Part shown: positions 46,225 through 55,400 of the stretch, one piece after another
How positions within the stretch are numbered: position 1 is the first letter of the stretch
Layout: each line of letters opens with the position of its first letter
Translations under genes and position numbers: made by a program
Assembly: GCA_964549685.1 (NCBI GenBank)
Contig: CAZJVE010000002.1
Location: 32,001-96,000 of the forward strand
DNA from: an uncultured archaeon
GTDB lineage: Archaea > Altiarchaeota > Altiarchaeia > IMC4 > QMZM01
DNA length: 64,000 bases
Direction: 5' to 3'
The notes under the pieces: generated by a model
Databases searched by the model: none
Told to the model about the DNA's origin: nothing
The model's input: only the letters and a program-made list of their open reading frames with translations

Positions 46225-47139
46225 CTACTTCTCCCTGAAGAAATTCCTGATTTTCTCGACAACGACGGTTCCTGCGTTAATCTGGGCCTCATCCGTGGAA
46301 GCACCTAGGTGCGGCATCAGGACGACGTTCTCCAGTTCCGTGAGAGGGCTCCCCTCTGGGGGCTCGTTCTCGAAGACATCCAACACAGCGCCCCCTATCT
46401 TGCCGTTCTTCAGGGCGTCATGGAGGGCCTTCTCGTTGACCACGCCACCTCTCGCTATGTTCACTATAATCGCCGAGTCCTTCATGAGGTCCATCTTCCC
46501 CTCGTCTATCAGGTTCCTTGTGCCCTCTACCAGCGGGATGTGCAGCGTCACTACATCCGCCTTCCCAAGCAGGTCGTCAAGCTCCATGCATGTGGCGTTG
46601 AATTCCCTCGCGTCCTCGGCAGTTATGTTCGGGTCATAGGCAAGAATATCCATGCCGAACGCCCTCGCCCTTTCCCCCACCTCTCTGCCGATTCTGCCGA
46701 AGCCGACAATGCCCAGGGTCTTTCCATAGAGCTCGTTTCCTGTGAACCTGCTCCTCTCCCACTTGCCTTCCCTCATGCTTTTATCGGCATGGTGGATGTT
46801 CCTGAGCAGGGCCAGCAGCGAGCCAATAACCAGTTCGGTCACGGCAATGGTGCTTGCCTCCGGGGAATTCACGACCTCTATCCCCTTCTCCTTGGCTGCT
46901 TCAAGGTCCACGTTGTCGAGCCCAACTCCGGCGCGGCCTATAATCTTCAGGTCGCCTGCCTCTATAAGCTCTCTCGTGGCCTTGGTCCCGCTTCTCACAA
47001 TCAGCGCGTCATAGCCCGGAACCTTCGCTAGAACCTCCTCTGGGGAATGTCCGTAGAACTCCTCCACCTCTGCAAAGCCCTTTGCCACCTCTATCGCGGC
47101 AGGATGTAGCTTGTCGGTAATCAGAATCTTTGGCTTCAT
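46225..47139 (-). CDS. serA: D-3-phosphoglycerate dehydrogenase-like D-2-hydroxyacid dehydrogenase (short form, no ACT domain)
   Basis: IVRSGT, GRAGVGLDNVD, GFGRIG, NIARGG, DVFENEP, PHLGAST. Confidence 0.88.
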   Translation of the reverse strand: MKPKILITDKLHPAAIEVAKGFAEVEEFYGHSPEEVLAKVPGYDALIVRSGTKATRELIEAGDLKIIGRAGVGLDNVDLEAAKEKGIEVVNSPEASTIAVTELVIGSLLALLRNIHHADKSMREGKWERSRFTGNELYGKTLGIVGFGRIGREVGERARAFGMDILAYDPNITAEDAREFNATCMELDDLLGKADVVTLHIPLVEGTRNLIDEGKMDLMKDSAIIVNIARGGVVNEKALHDALKNGKIGGAVLDVFENEPPEGSPLTELENVVLMPHLGASTDEAQINAGTVVVEKIRNFFREK

Positions 47140-47171
47140 GTATTATTATGTGAGGGAGAATATTTATTAGG

Positions 47172-48086
47172 ATGGTTGAAATTTCGACGGATATATCTGG
47201 AGCGAAACTGAAAAACCCGACGATTCTCGCAGCGGGGATTCTCGGAGTCGCCTCTGCCACCCTTGACAGGGCGGCGAATTCCGGAGCAGGGGCGGTAACT
47301 ACAAAGTCTATTGGGCCCGAGAAGAGGAAGGGGCACCCTAACCCGGTCGTCGTTGAAACCCCGTGCGGCCTCCTAAATGCAGTAGGGCTTTCATGCCCTT
47401 CGCTCGAGGAGTCCATCGAGGAGCTGGAAAAGGCGGTAAAGGAGCTCAATGTCCCTGTCATAGCAAGCTTTTATGCCCACTCGGAGAAGGACTTTGGCCG
47501 GCTGGCCAAAGAAATTTCCGGGGCAAAACCGGCATTCCTTGAAGCCAACATCTCGTGCCCCAACGTGGAGCATGAATTCGGCAGCGCCTTCGGAACGGAC
47601 CCCGGGGCAGCTTCAAGGATAACGGCAGAGATTAAGAATTCAACCAAAATCCCCCTGATAGTCAAACTGACCCCCAACGTTACTTCTATCCGAGATATTG
47701 GAAGGGCCGTTGCCGATGCGGGAGCAGATGCAATCACAGCCATAAACACCTACGGCCCCGGAATGGCAATAAATGCAGAGACTGGAAAGCCCGTTCTCAC
47801 AAACAAATTCGGGGGGCTGTCGGGCCCTGCCATGAAGCCCATAGCATTGCGATGCGTCTACGAGCTCTACGAGGAGGTGAAGATTCCCATCATAGGCACG
47901 GGTGGAATCCAGACAGGCAAGGACATGGCCGAGATGCTGATGGCCGGAGCTTCAGCATGCGGCATTGGAACCGCAATAATGGACCGCGGCATAGAGGCAT
48001 TCTCCGAAATCTGCAGGGAGCTGGAAGAATTCATGGACAAAAACGGGCATTCCAAGGCCACGGATTTAATCGGAATGTCACACTAG
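47172..48086 (+). CDS. pyrD: Dihydroorotate dehydrogenase, family 1
   Basis: TTKS, LNAVGL, NISCPN, VKLTPN, INT, GGLSG, GTGGI. Confidence 0.96.
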   Translation: MVEISTDISGAKLKNPTILAAGILGVASATLDRAANSGAGAVTTKSIGPEKRKGHPNPVVVETPCGLLNAVGLSCPSLEESIEELEKAVKELNVPVIASFYAHSEKDFGRLAKEISGAKPAFLEANISCPNVEHEFGSAFGTDPGAASRITAEIKNSTKIPLIVKLTPNVTSIRDIGRAVADAGADAITAINTYGPGMAINAETGKPVLTNKFGGLSGPAMKPIALRCVYELYEEVKIPIIGTGGIQTGKDMAEMLMAGASACGIGTAIMDRGIEAFSEICRELEEFMDKNGHSKATDLIGMSH

Positions 48087-48769
48087 CCTGAGTTAATCCA
48101 GTCATTTATTATGTCTAGAAGGTCGCTGCTGTCTATCTCTCCGCTGGCCCACCGGTTTATCGCATTCACTATCTCGTCCAGCGTCACCTCGCCGTCGCTG
48201 TTTTCATCCGCCGGGAGCCCGGAGGCAATATCCACTGAAACGTCCCCGTCTATATCTGCTGTAACCTCAGATTCGGTGTCCGGGTCTATGTACGTGTATT
48301 GCCCCGCAATCTCCACGGTGCCGGACGCATTCTCCGGCACGCCGACAGTATATGTGATATTCCTCGTATAGAAGTTGGATGAGAACAACAGCCATTTAAT
48401 CTCCCCTGTTTCGGTGTCATGGGAGGTGTATGCCGGGCTGGGGCCGGTAGCGCTCCATCCCGGGGGAATGTATTCATTAATGGTAACGGCGTTCGGGGGG
48501 CTGTCCCCTTTGACAACAAGCAGGGTTACCTCGAGGCCGGTTTCAGGCGATGCCGAGGATGGCAGCTCCCTGCTCACGGCCACGGTCGTTGCAACAGAAC
48601 CCGGCGGCCCTGGCGGAAGCGGATATGCAGTAGTCGTTGTCGTAACGTCATCCGGAGGCGCCGGCGGAGTCATAAGTGTCAGTAAGCCGATTATGGTCGG
48701 CTTGAAGACCGCTATTGACGCGAGAAAAATAAAAATCAGAATCGCCATATGGAGAGGCTGCGCTTTCAT
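48083..48769 (-). CDS. Small secreted or N-anchored protein: Ig/cohesin-like domain plus twin-Trp C-terminal module
   Basis: N-terminal hydrophobic helix, Pro/Thr linker. VSRELP...E.IP.GW domain is homologous to one in 38037..40553. Ends ADENSDGEVTLDEIVNAINRW...DLLDIINDW. Confidence 0.82.
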   Translation of the reverse strand: MKAQPLHMAILIFIFLASIAVFKPTIIGLLTLMTPPAPPDDVTTTTTAYPLPPGPPGSVATTVAVSRELPSSASPETGLEVTLLVVKGDSPPNAVTINEYIPPGWSATGPSPAYTSHDTETGEIKWLLFSSNFYTRNITYTVGVPENASGTVEIAGQYTYIDPDTESEVTADIDGDVSVDIASGLPADENSDGEVTLDEIVNAINRWASGEIDSSDLLDIINDWINSG

Positions 48770-48833
48770 TATTTATAATTAGATGCAGCCCGATAAATAC
48801 ATAACTTTTAAGCCGTCAGTATAAATATTTTCT

Positions 48834-49958
48834 ATGTTCGATGAGCTCTACAGTTCTATGGTGAAGAAAGCGGACTACCGGGCCCTGATGTTTGTCCCGC
48901 CAGTCATCGCAATTCTTCTTCTCCTATTAATCCTGGTAAACGGCATCCCCCTTGGAATAGACTTCAGAGGAGGCACATGGATTGAGGTTTCTAGCAACAG
49001 CGAGATTCCCGCAGGCACTCTGAATTCCCTGGAATCCGAGCTTATATCTGCAGGGCTCGAGAACCTCAAGATACAGTCGGGCAGGGAGACCGGGACAGGA
49101 ATATACAAAACCTACATCGAGACAACCACCGAGGTGGACGAGGAGGCAATCAGACCGATACTCGAGAGGAGCTTTGGCGAACTCAGCGACATAGATTCTG
49201 CGACCGTTACACTCTCCGGCGAGATTCCCTTTGACCTTGCGGACAACCTGAGGTCGAGAATTCCCGGAGTTGATGTTGAACTGGACGAGAATTCGTCCGT
49301 TCTCAGGGTATCTGCAATCGAACTTGATGCAGAGGAACTGGAGAGCGCAATTGAATACTATCTCGGCTATGACGTTTCCATGGAATTTCAGTCGAAGAAC
49401 TTCAACAGCAGGAGGGTCGGAGCCACTCTGGGCTCAAGGTTCCGGGACCAGGGCCTCAACGCCCTTCTTTACGCCTATCTCCTTATAATTCTGGTGGTCT
49501 TCGTTGCCTTCAGGGACTTCATCCCATCCATTACCGTTATTCTGGCCGCGACCCTTGACGGTGTGATAGCTGCCGGGGGAATGGCACTCTTTGGAATCAT
49601 TCTCGAGCCCGCATCTCTCGTCGCAATCCTTATGCTTGTCGGTTACTCTGTTGATACCAACATTCTCCTGACGACCCGGGTTCTGCGTGGGAAGTTCGGC
49701 ACAATCAATGAAAGGATAGACGATGCCATGAAGACCGGCCTTACCATGTCGGCAACCACTATCCTGGTAATGGCGGTCATACTATTTGTGTCAAGCGAGG
49801 TGTTCAGGATATCGACGCTGAGCAGCATAGCCGCAGTCCTTCTCATAGGCCTTATCGGCGACCTGGCAACGACCTGGCTCATGAACGCAGGAATCCTCAA
49901 GTGGTACGTGGAGGAGAAGAGAGGCAAACTCCGGCTCTTCAGGAGGGGCAGAAGATGA
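48834..49958 (+). CDS. secF: Protein translocase subunit SecF (enlarged extracytoplasmic domain)
   Basis: LGIDFRGG, VGATLG, FR...PS, GYSVDTNILLTTR, T.LMNAG. Confidence 0.93.
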   Translation: MFDELYSSMVKKADYRALMFVPPVIAILLLLLILVNGIPLGIDFRGGTWIEVSSNSEIPAGTLNSLESELISAGLENLKIQSGRETGTGIYKTYIETTTEVDEEAIRPILERSFGELSDIDSATVTLSGEIPFDLADNLRSRIPGVDVELDENSSVLRVSAIELDAEELESAIEYYLGYDVSMEFQSKNFNSRRVGATLGSRFRDQGLNALLYAYLLIILVVFVAFRDFIPSITVILAATLDGVIAAGGMALFGIILEPASLVAILMLVGYSVDTNILLTTRVLRGKFGTINERIDDAMKTGLTMSATTILVMAVILFVSSEVFRISTLSSIAAVLLIGLIGDLATTWLMNAGILKWYVEEKRGKLRLFRRGRR

Positions 49959-51511
49959 GCACACTCAAGAGCGTGAGGGTCTGGGTGATGATAACGGCAG
50001 TGACACTGTCCTTACTAATGGTTTCCAACATAATCCCCATGAACAAAGGGGAAGAAATTGCCTTCGGGAACGGCCTCGACTACGGCCTCGACTTTGCGGG
50101 AGGCATTCAGATGCAGCTCAAGCTGGAGCGGCCCCTGGACGATGCCAATACCATGGCAGTCGAGAAGGGAATCCTCGAGAACAGGCTGAATGCGATGGGG
50201 CTGAAGGACATCGTGATAAGGCCCTGGGGCAACCAGTATATCCTCCTTGAGATAGCGAGCGCCTCTCCAAGCGACGTGAAGAGGATAGAGGACATACTGA
50301 AGCAGCAGGCGAGATTCGAGGCACGGATAGACGGAGAGGTTGCAATCAGCGGCTCAGATATAAGCATCGACCTCAGCCCGGAAGGAAGGGGCGTAAGCAG
50401 GTCGGAGCCGTCCGAATGGTACGTCGCAATAAAAAACAGCATGGCCGGCGGAGAAAGCTTCTGCCGCGTAGGGAAAAACAAGAGGAACAAGCCGATAGAC
50501 ATGTTCCTCGACAGGCCGGAAAACACGTTCTTCCTGATGGACAACGGAACCTACTCGATACTGAAAGACCTCAGGGGCAGGGACCTGGCCAGCTACATAA
50601 AGATTATAGAGAACCGTTCCGTAATCCCCGTCGTGGTTGCCCTGAACGATACCCTGAACATGAGTGAGGTATCCTCCCTCAAGGAGTCGGGCTTTGACAG
50701 GGCGATGATTCTGGAGGAGGAGGACCGGGTGTCCAACCGGCTGAGGAACGAGCTGGAGGAGAACGGCATAAAGACCGAGAGAAGGGCCAAGGGCAACGAA
50801 AGCTACGAGGAGTGGGTCATGGACATAATCGGCCTTCAATCCTCCCCGGTACTGAGGTGCGACCCCTGCTCCCAGTGCAAGTACAGCGCAATCATAACCG
50901 GGCAGGCATCAACCTACCAGGAGGCCGAGGCGGATATGAGGAGCACGCAGATACTCCTTGGCTCAGGGAACCTCCCGGCAAAGGCGACAATCGAGTCAAA
51001 GTCCGAGGTTCCGGCATCGTTAGGTGGAGAGTTCCTGAGATACAGCTTCATAATCGGAATCCTGGCAGTCTTTACCGTCGCTTTGGTTGTATTCCTTAGG
51101 TACAAGAGGCCGGAGATGGTCGTTCCAATAATGATGACCTCGCTCTCGGAGATAATCATCATCCTGGGCGTTGCCTCGTTGATAAGCTGGGAGCTCGACC
51201 TTCCCGCGGTTGCCGGAATCATAGCTGCAGTGGGAACCGGAGTCGACCACCAGATAATCATCACCGATGAAAGCATAAGCAGGAGGCACAGCGAACAAAA
51301 GAAGAAGCTCGTAAGCATCGTTGAGAGAATAAAGAGGGCGTTTTTCATAATATTCGTTTCGGCGGCAACAACGATTGCCGTGATGATACCTGTATTCCTG
51401 ATACAGTCGCTGAAGGGCTTTGCGTTAACAACGGCGGTAGGCGTATTCATCGGGATAATAATAACCCGGCCGGCTTACGCCAAGATAATAGAGGGGATTC
51501 TGAAAAGATAG
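49955..51511 (+). CDS. secD: Protein translocase subunit SecD
   Basis: Start re-assigned to ATG 49955 (overlaps the secF stop). YGLDFAGG, RLNAMG, SGNLP, ASLG, GTGVDHQIII, GFA.TT..GV, ITRPAY. Confidence 0.93.
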   Translation: MSTLKSVRVWVMITAVTLSLLMVSNIIPMNKGEEIAFGNGLDYGLDFAGGIQMQLKLERPLDDANTMAVEKGILENRLNAMGLKDIVIRPWGNQYILLEIASASPSDVKRIEDILKQQARFEARIDGEVAISGSDISIDLSPEGRGVSRSEPSEWYVAIKNSMAGGESFCRVGKNKRNKPIDMFLDRPENTFFLMDNGTYSILKDLRGRDLASYIKIIENRSVIPVVVALNDTLNMSEVSSLKESGFDRAMILEEEDRVSNRLRNELEENGIKTERRAKGNESYEEWVMDIIGLQSSPVLRCDPCSQCKYSAIITGQASTYQEAEADMRSTQILLGSGNLPAKATIESKSEVPASLGGEFLRYSFIIGILAVFTVALVVFLRYKRPEMVVPIMMTSLSEIIIILGVASLISWELDLPAVAGIIAAVGTGVDHQIIITDESISRRHSEQKKKLVSIVERIKRAFFIIFVSAATTIAVMIPVFLIQSLKGFALTTAVGVFIGIIITRPAYAKIIEGILKR

Positions 51512-51556
51512 GCCCATTTTTTATTCTCGATTACTATTCTTAATATCACTCCAAAA

Positions 51557-51877
51557 ATGAAAGAACTCGAACAGATAAAGAAGGTCGAGGAGACGGTTGA
51601 AAAGTCCGTTGAGAAGGCTAGGAAGGATGCTGAGAAGAGGATTAACGACCTGAGGGCGAGCAGGGGCACGAGACTGGAAAAGGCCAAGGAAAGCGCCGAG
51701 AAGAGCATGGACAAGAAGATAAAGGGCGCGAAAGAGAAGGCCGATGGCGAGGCAAAAAGGCTAAACTCAGGGGTTGCCGGCGAGATATCCGAGCTTGAGA
51801 AACAGACCAAGAAGAATTTTAACAGTGCAGTTGACTTTATCGTGGACGAGTTCTCAAGGATAGGGGGCGGCGATTAA
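51557..51877 (+). CDS. A/V-type ATP synthase peripheral stalk subunit H (G-like)
   Basis: 106 aa, LEQIKKVE...A...A...I coiled coil ending in AVDFIV. Adjacent to subunit E. Confidence 0.75.
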   Translation: MKELEQIKKVEETVEKSVEKARKDAEKRINDLRASRGTRLEKAKESAEKSMDKKIKGAKEKADGEAKRLNSGVAGEISELEKQTKKNFNSAVDFIVDEFSRIGGGD

Positions 51878-51879
51878 AA

Positions 51880-52422
51880 ATGGCCTTTGAAAAAATCGAG
51901 AGCAAAATCAAGGAAAAGGGCAATGAAGAGGTTAAGGGAATCAAAGGCGAAGCCAAGAAAGAGATAGATGGCATAGAAAAGGACATAAAGACCGGGGAGG
52001 AAAAGGCCAACAAGAAGGTCATGGACAAGAGAAAACAGGAGTTCGAACTAATCCCGAAGAGAATAATCTCAAACGCCAGGATGGAGAGGAAGCTCCAGGT
52101 GGATTCAAAGAAGGCGGAGATAGTCCACAACGTCTTCGAGAGCGCGAAGAAAAAGATTCTCGACATGGACAGCAAGAAGAAGGAAAAGCTTCTGAAGAGC
52201 CTTGCCGAGGATGCAAAGAAGAGCGTCAGGGACCCGGTGCTCTACGTTGACAAGAAATACGCAAAGTTCATTGATGCAAAGGCCAAGGACATCGGCGATT
52301 TTGGTGTAATTGTCGAGAGCAAGGACGGCTCCATGAGAGTCGACAATACCCTGGACAACCTGATGCTCAGAATGGAGCCCGACCTCAAGGCCAAGGTCGG
52401 CGGGATTCTATTTGGGGACTAA
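51880..52422 (+). CDS. atpE: A/V-type ATP synthase subunit E
   Basis: MAFEKIESKI coiled coil, ISNA, GVIVESKDG...VDNTLD...ILF. Confidence 0.88.
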   Translation: MAFEKIESKIKEKGNEEVKGIKGEAKKEIDGIEKDIKTGEEKANKKVMDKRKQEFELIPKRIISNARMERKLQVDSKKAEIVHNVFESAKKKILDMDSKKKEKLLKSLAEDAKKSVRDPVLYVDKKYAKFIDAKAKDIGDFGVIVESKDGSMRVDNTLDNLMLRMEPDLKAKVGGILFGD

Positions 52423-52433
52423 TAATCGTTTCT

Positions 52434-55400
52434 CTATGTGCAAAGAGGGATATCTGCTGTATCCATCCCCATATACGGTGAGAAGCACGTATCCGAGTCA
52501 TAGTCGTCTATGCAGCCATCCTGATTCAGGTCATGGCTTGAAGTATAACCTGGATCGCCCGCGCATAAGTCCAGGCTTATTTGCATCGACAAATAATCAG
52601 CATAATCAACCTCTGCATCGCCGTTTAGGTCTGGACACAGCACGCATCCCGTAGCAATGCTCGTAGTTGTTAGGGTGGTGCTTGTCGTAGTGCTCGAAGC
52701 CCCGCTACTCCACGCGTTTATCAGGTCTATTACATCCGCCAGATTCGCCTGGTCATTGGACCAGAGAGTTATCAGGTCTATCACTTCTGAGAGACTCACG
52801 TCACCACAGGGTGCGCTGTCGCCAACCAGAGTGCAGTCCCCCGATATTGTTGTGCTGGTGCTTGTCGTAGTTGTGGTTGTAGCGCCCTCCTCGGCACATT
52901 CTATCTTGGATACATTGACCCCCCACACCGTGATGGAGCCGTCCGAGTCAAAGACGAACTTCATGTCGTCCGTTTCATAGTACTCGGTCCAGTTGTAGTC
53001 CCCCCCGCTCCAGGTGCCGTCTATCGTATCCAGGCTGGAGCCCTCGCCCGTTTTTATGTAGAGGTAGTCGTACCCCGACTCCGTAATCGCCTTCATATAT
53101 GCCCTCATTGACGAGCCGGAGCTGCATTGATATTCATAGGAGGCGCAGTCCAGGTAATTCGAATACGGGTGCGGCGTTTCGAATGCTATGCTATGCTGCC
53201 CCAGGCCAAAGGAGCCGCCCGAATCCATGCTGCAGCCCGATGCGATGGTGGACGTGGTCAAGACCGTCGTCGTGCTCGTTGATGTGGATGTTGTCGATGT
53301 GGTTGTTGTGCCATTTATTGATGTCGATGTTGAGCTCGTGGAGGTGCTGCTTGTTGATGTGCTGCTGCTAGTGGATGTAGACGTCGTGGTAGTCCCGGTA
53401 ACCGTAACCGCGGCATTGCTACTCCTTACTGTCTGAAGTTGCGGGTTTCCGCTGTTGTAGGTCCTTATATCTACGGTGTCAAGCGTTATGTTGCTGACTC
53501 CTGCACCTATCGCCTCGAATTTCGCGGACGCTATGCCGGTCCCGGAAGAAGATATGCCGTCCGTCGACCTGACTCTCAGGTACTGCACCGTCCCCTGGGT
53601 ATTGTTTATGGTCGGTCCGACATCGGTATATGCGGTTGAGCTATCCGCAGTCAGGAAATCCCCTATCGTTAGCGAGGTGGCGTTCAGGACGTCCGGGTCA
53701 AAGCCGAGATGAATCTCCACGCTGTATGCATCTGAAAGCTGGCTGCTGTTAATCTCGACGGAGAAGGTGTCTCCAGCCACGGCGGCTACGCTCGAGGGGT
53801 CGATGCTCACGTCCAGCAGGATTGTGCTTGTGGTGCTCGTCGACGAGGTGCTGGTCGTGGTCGTCTGGTTTGTTATGCTTGTGGTGGTCGACATTGACGT
53901 GCTGGTAGAGGTCGTAGTGCTCGTGGACGTGGTAACAACGCTGCAGTCATACGTGCATCCGGCCGTCCCGCTGTCGCTCCAGGTGCTCGGGTTGTCGCAC
54001 GTATTCTCGTCCCCTGAATTCCCCGATGTGGTGCCTGAAAACTTGAAGTCTGACTCCGTATTACCGCAGATTCGGTTCGAATCCACGTCATTGAACATCG
54101 AATCATGGAAGCGGATTCCGTTCGTGTTGTTGGATATGGTGTTGTTGGCGATTGTGTTACTGGAGGAGCTGCTGAAAGAGATTCCCTTGTCGAAGTCCGT
54201 GATGATGCAGTTCCTTATCTTGTTGCTGGCCCTGAGGTGCATGTAGATTCCGGTGCCGGAGGTGTCCCCGTCCCCGTCAATTTTGTAGTTCTGGCAGTCG
54301 AAGATTATGCCGCTCTCGCCGAACGTAATGCAACTGCCGTCCTGGTCGGTTATGTCCGCGCCGAGGTTCACGGTCGAATAGGTGCCGTCCAGCTTCGTGG
54401 TGCAGTCCGCACAGGAGGTGCAGGTATTCCCTGTCGATACGGTCGTTGTCGTTGAGGTCAAGCTCGTGCTTGTAGATGTTGACGTGCTCGTCGATGTACT
54501 GGTCGAGGTGGATGTCGACGTCGTGCTACTACTACTGGTCGTCGTAGTGCCAGACGTAACGACGCTGAATGCAAGGTCGTCATCATCTCCGTAGGTTCCG
54601 GTATAGCAGCTGCTTCCGCCACCCCACTTCCAGCCGATTATCGCCCTCACGTATTGGGTGCTACTGGCGTCATCCACGGTAAAGCTCGTGGAGTAAGTTC
54701 CTGTGGTTCCGGGGTAATCGCACTGGGAGTCTATAAGGAGCACTCTCCAGCCAGTGCCGTTATAATACCATATCTCTACTCTGTCATTGGAATCATAGCA
54801 CTCCACCAGGACCTCCACGTTAACGGTGTCCCCCGCATTCACTCCGCAGGAGGAGCCCACGTTCGTAAGGGTAATCCCCTCTATGTCGTCCTCGCCGTTG
54901 CAGCTCGCCGCCCCGGCGCAGGAATCCGCCAGGATATTGTCGGTGCAGCCGTTGCTCCCAAGGCACGCGCTCCCGCACTGGCACTGCGTAACTACGGTTG
55001 AGGTCGTGCTTGTAGAGCTAGTAGTTGATGTTGTCGTGCTGGTAGAAGACGTGCTGCTGGACGTTGTCTGGGTTATCGTGCTAGTGGTGCTGGTCGAACT
55101 CGTGCTAGTGGTGCTGTAGCAGTTAATCGTCTCGACATCGATGCCCCAGTCTGTTTGAGAACCGTCGGATGTGAACCTGAACTGGATGCTCCTCGTGTTG
55201 GGGTGCTCCCTCCATACGTAGCCCTGTGAATCCCCGCACCAGTACGTGCTTGTGCCGGTGTCGGCGTTTATTATGTAGAACTTGTCATAATTGCACGTGG
55301 AATGGTACTCAATATCGTGCTTTACATAGACCTTTCCGTAGTAGCTGGATGGGCAGGTATAGGTGTTCGAAGAGCAATCCATGTTGTTGGGATAAGTGTG

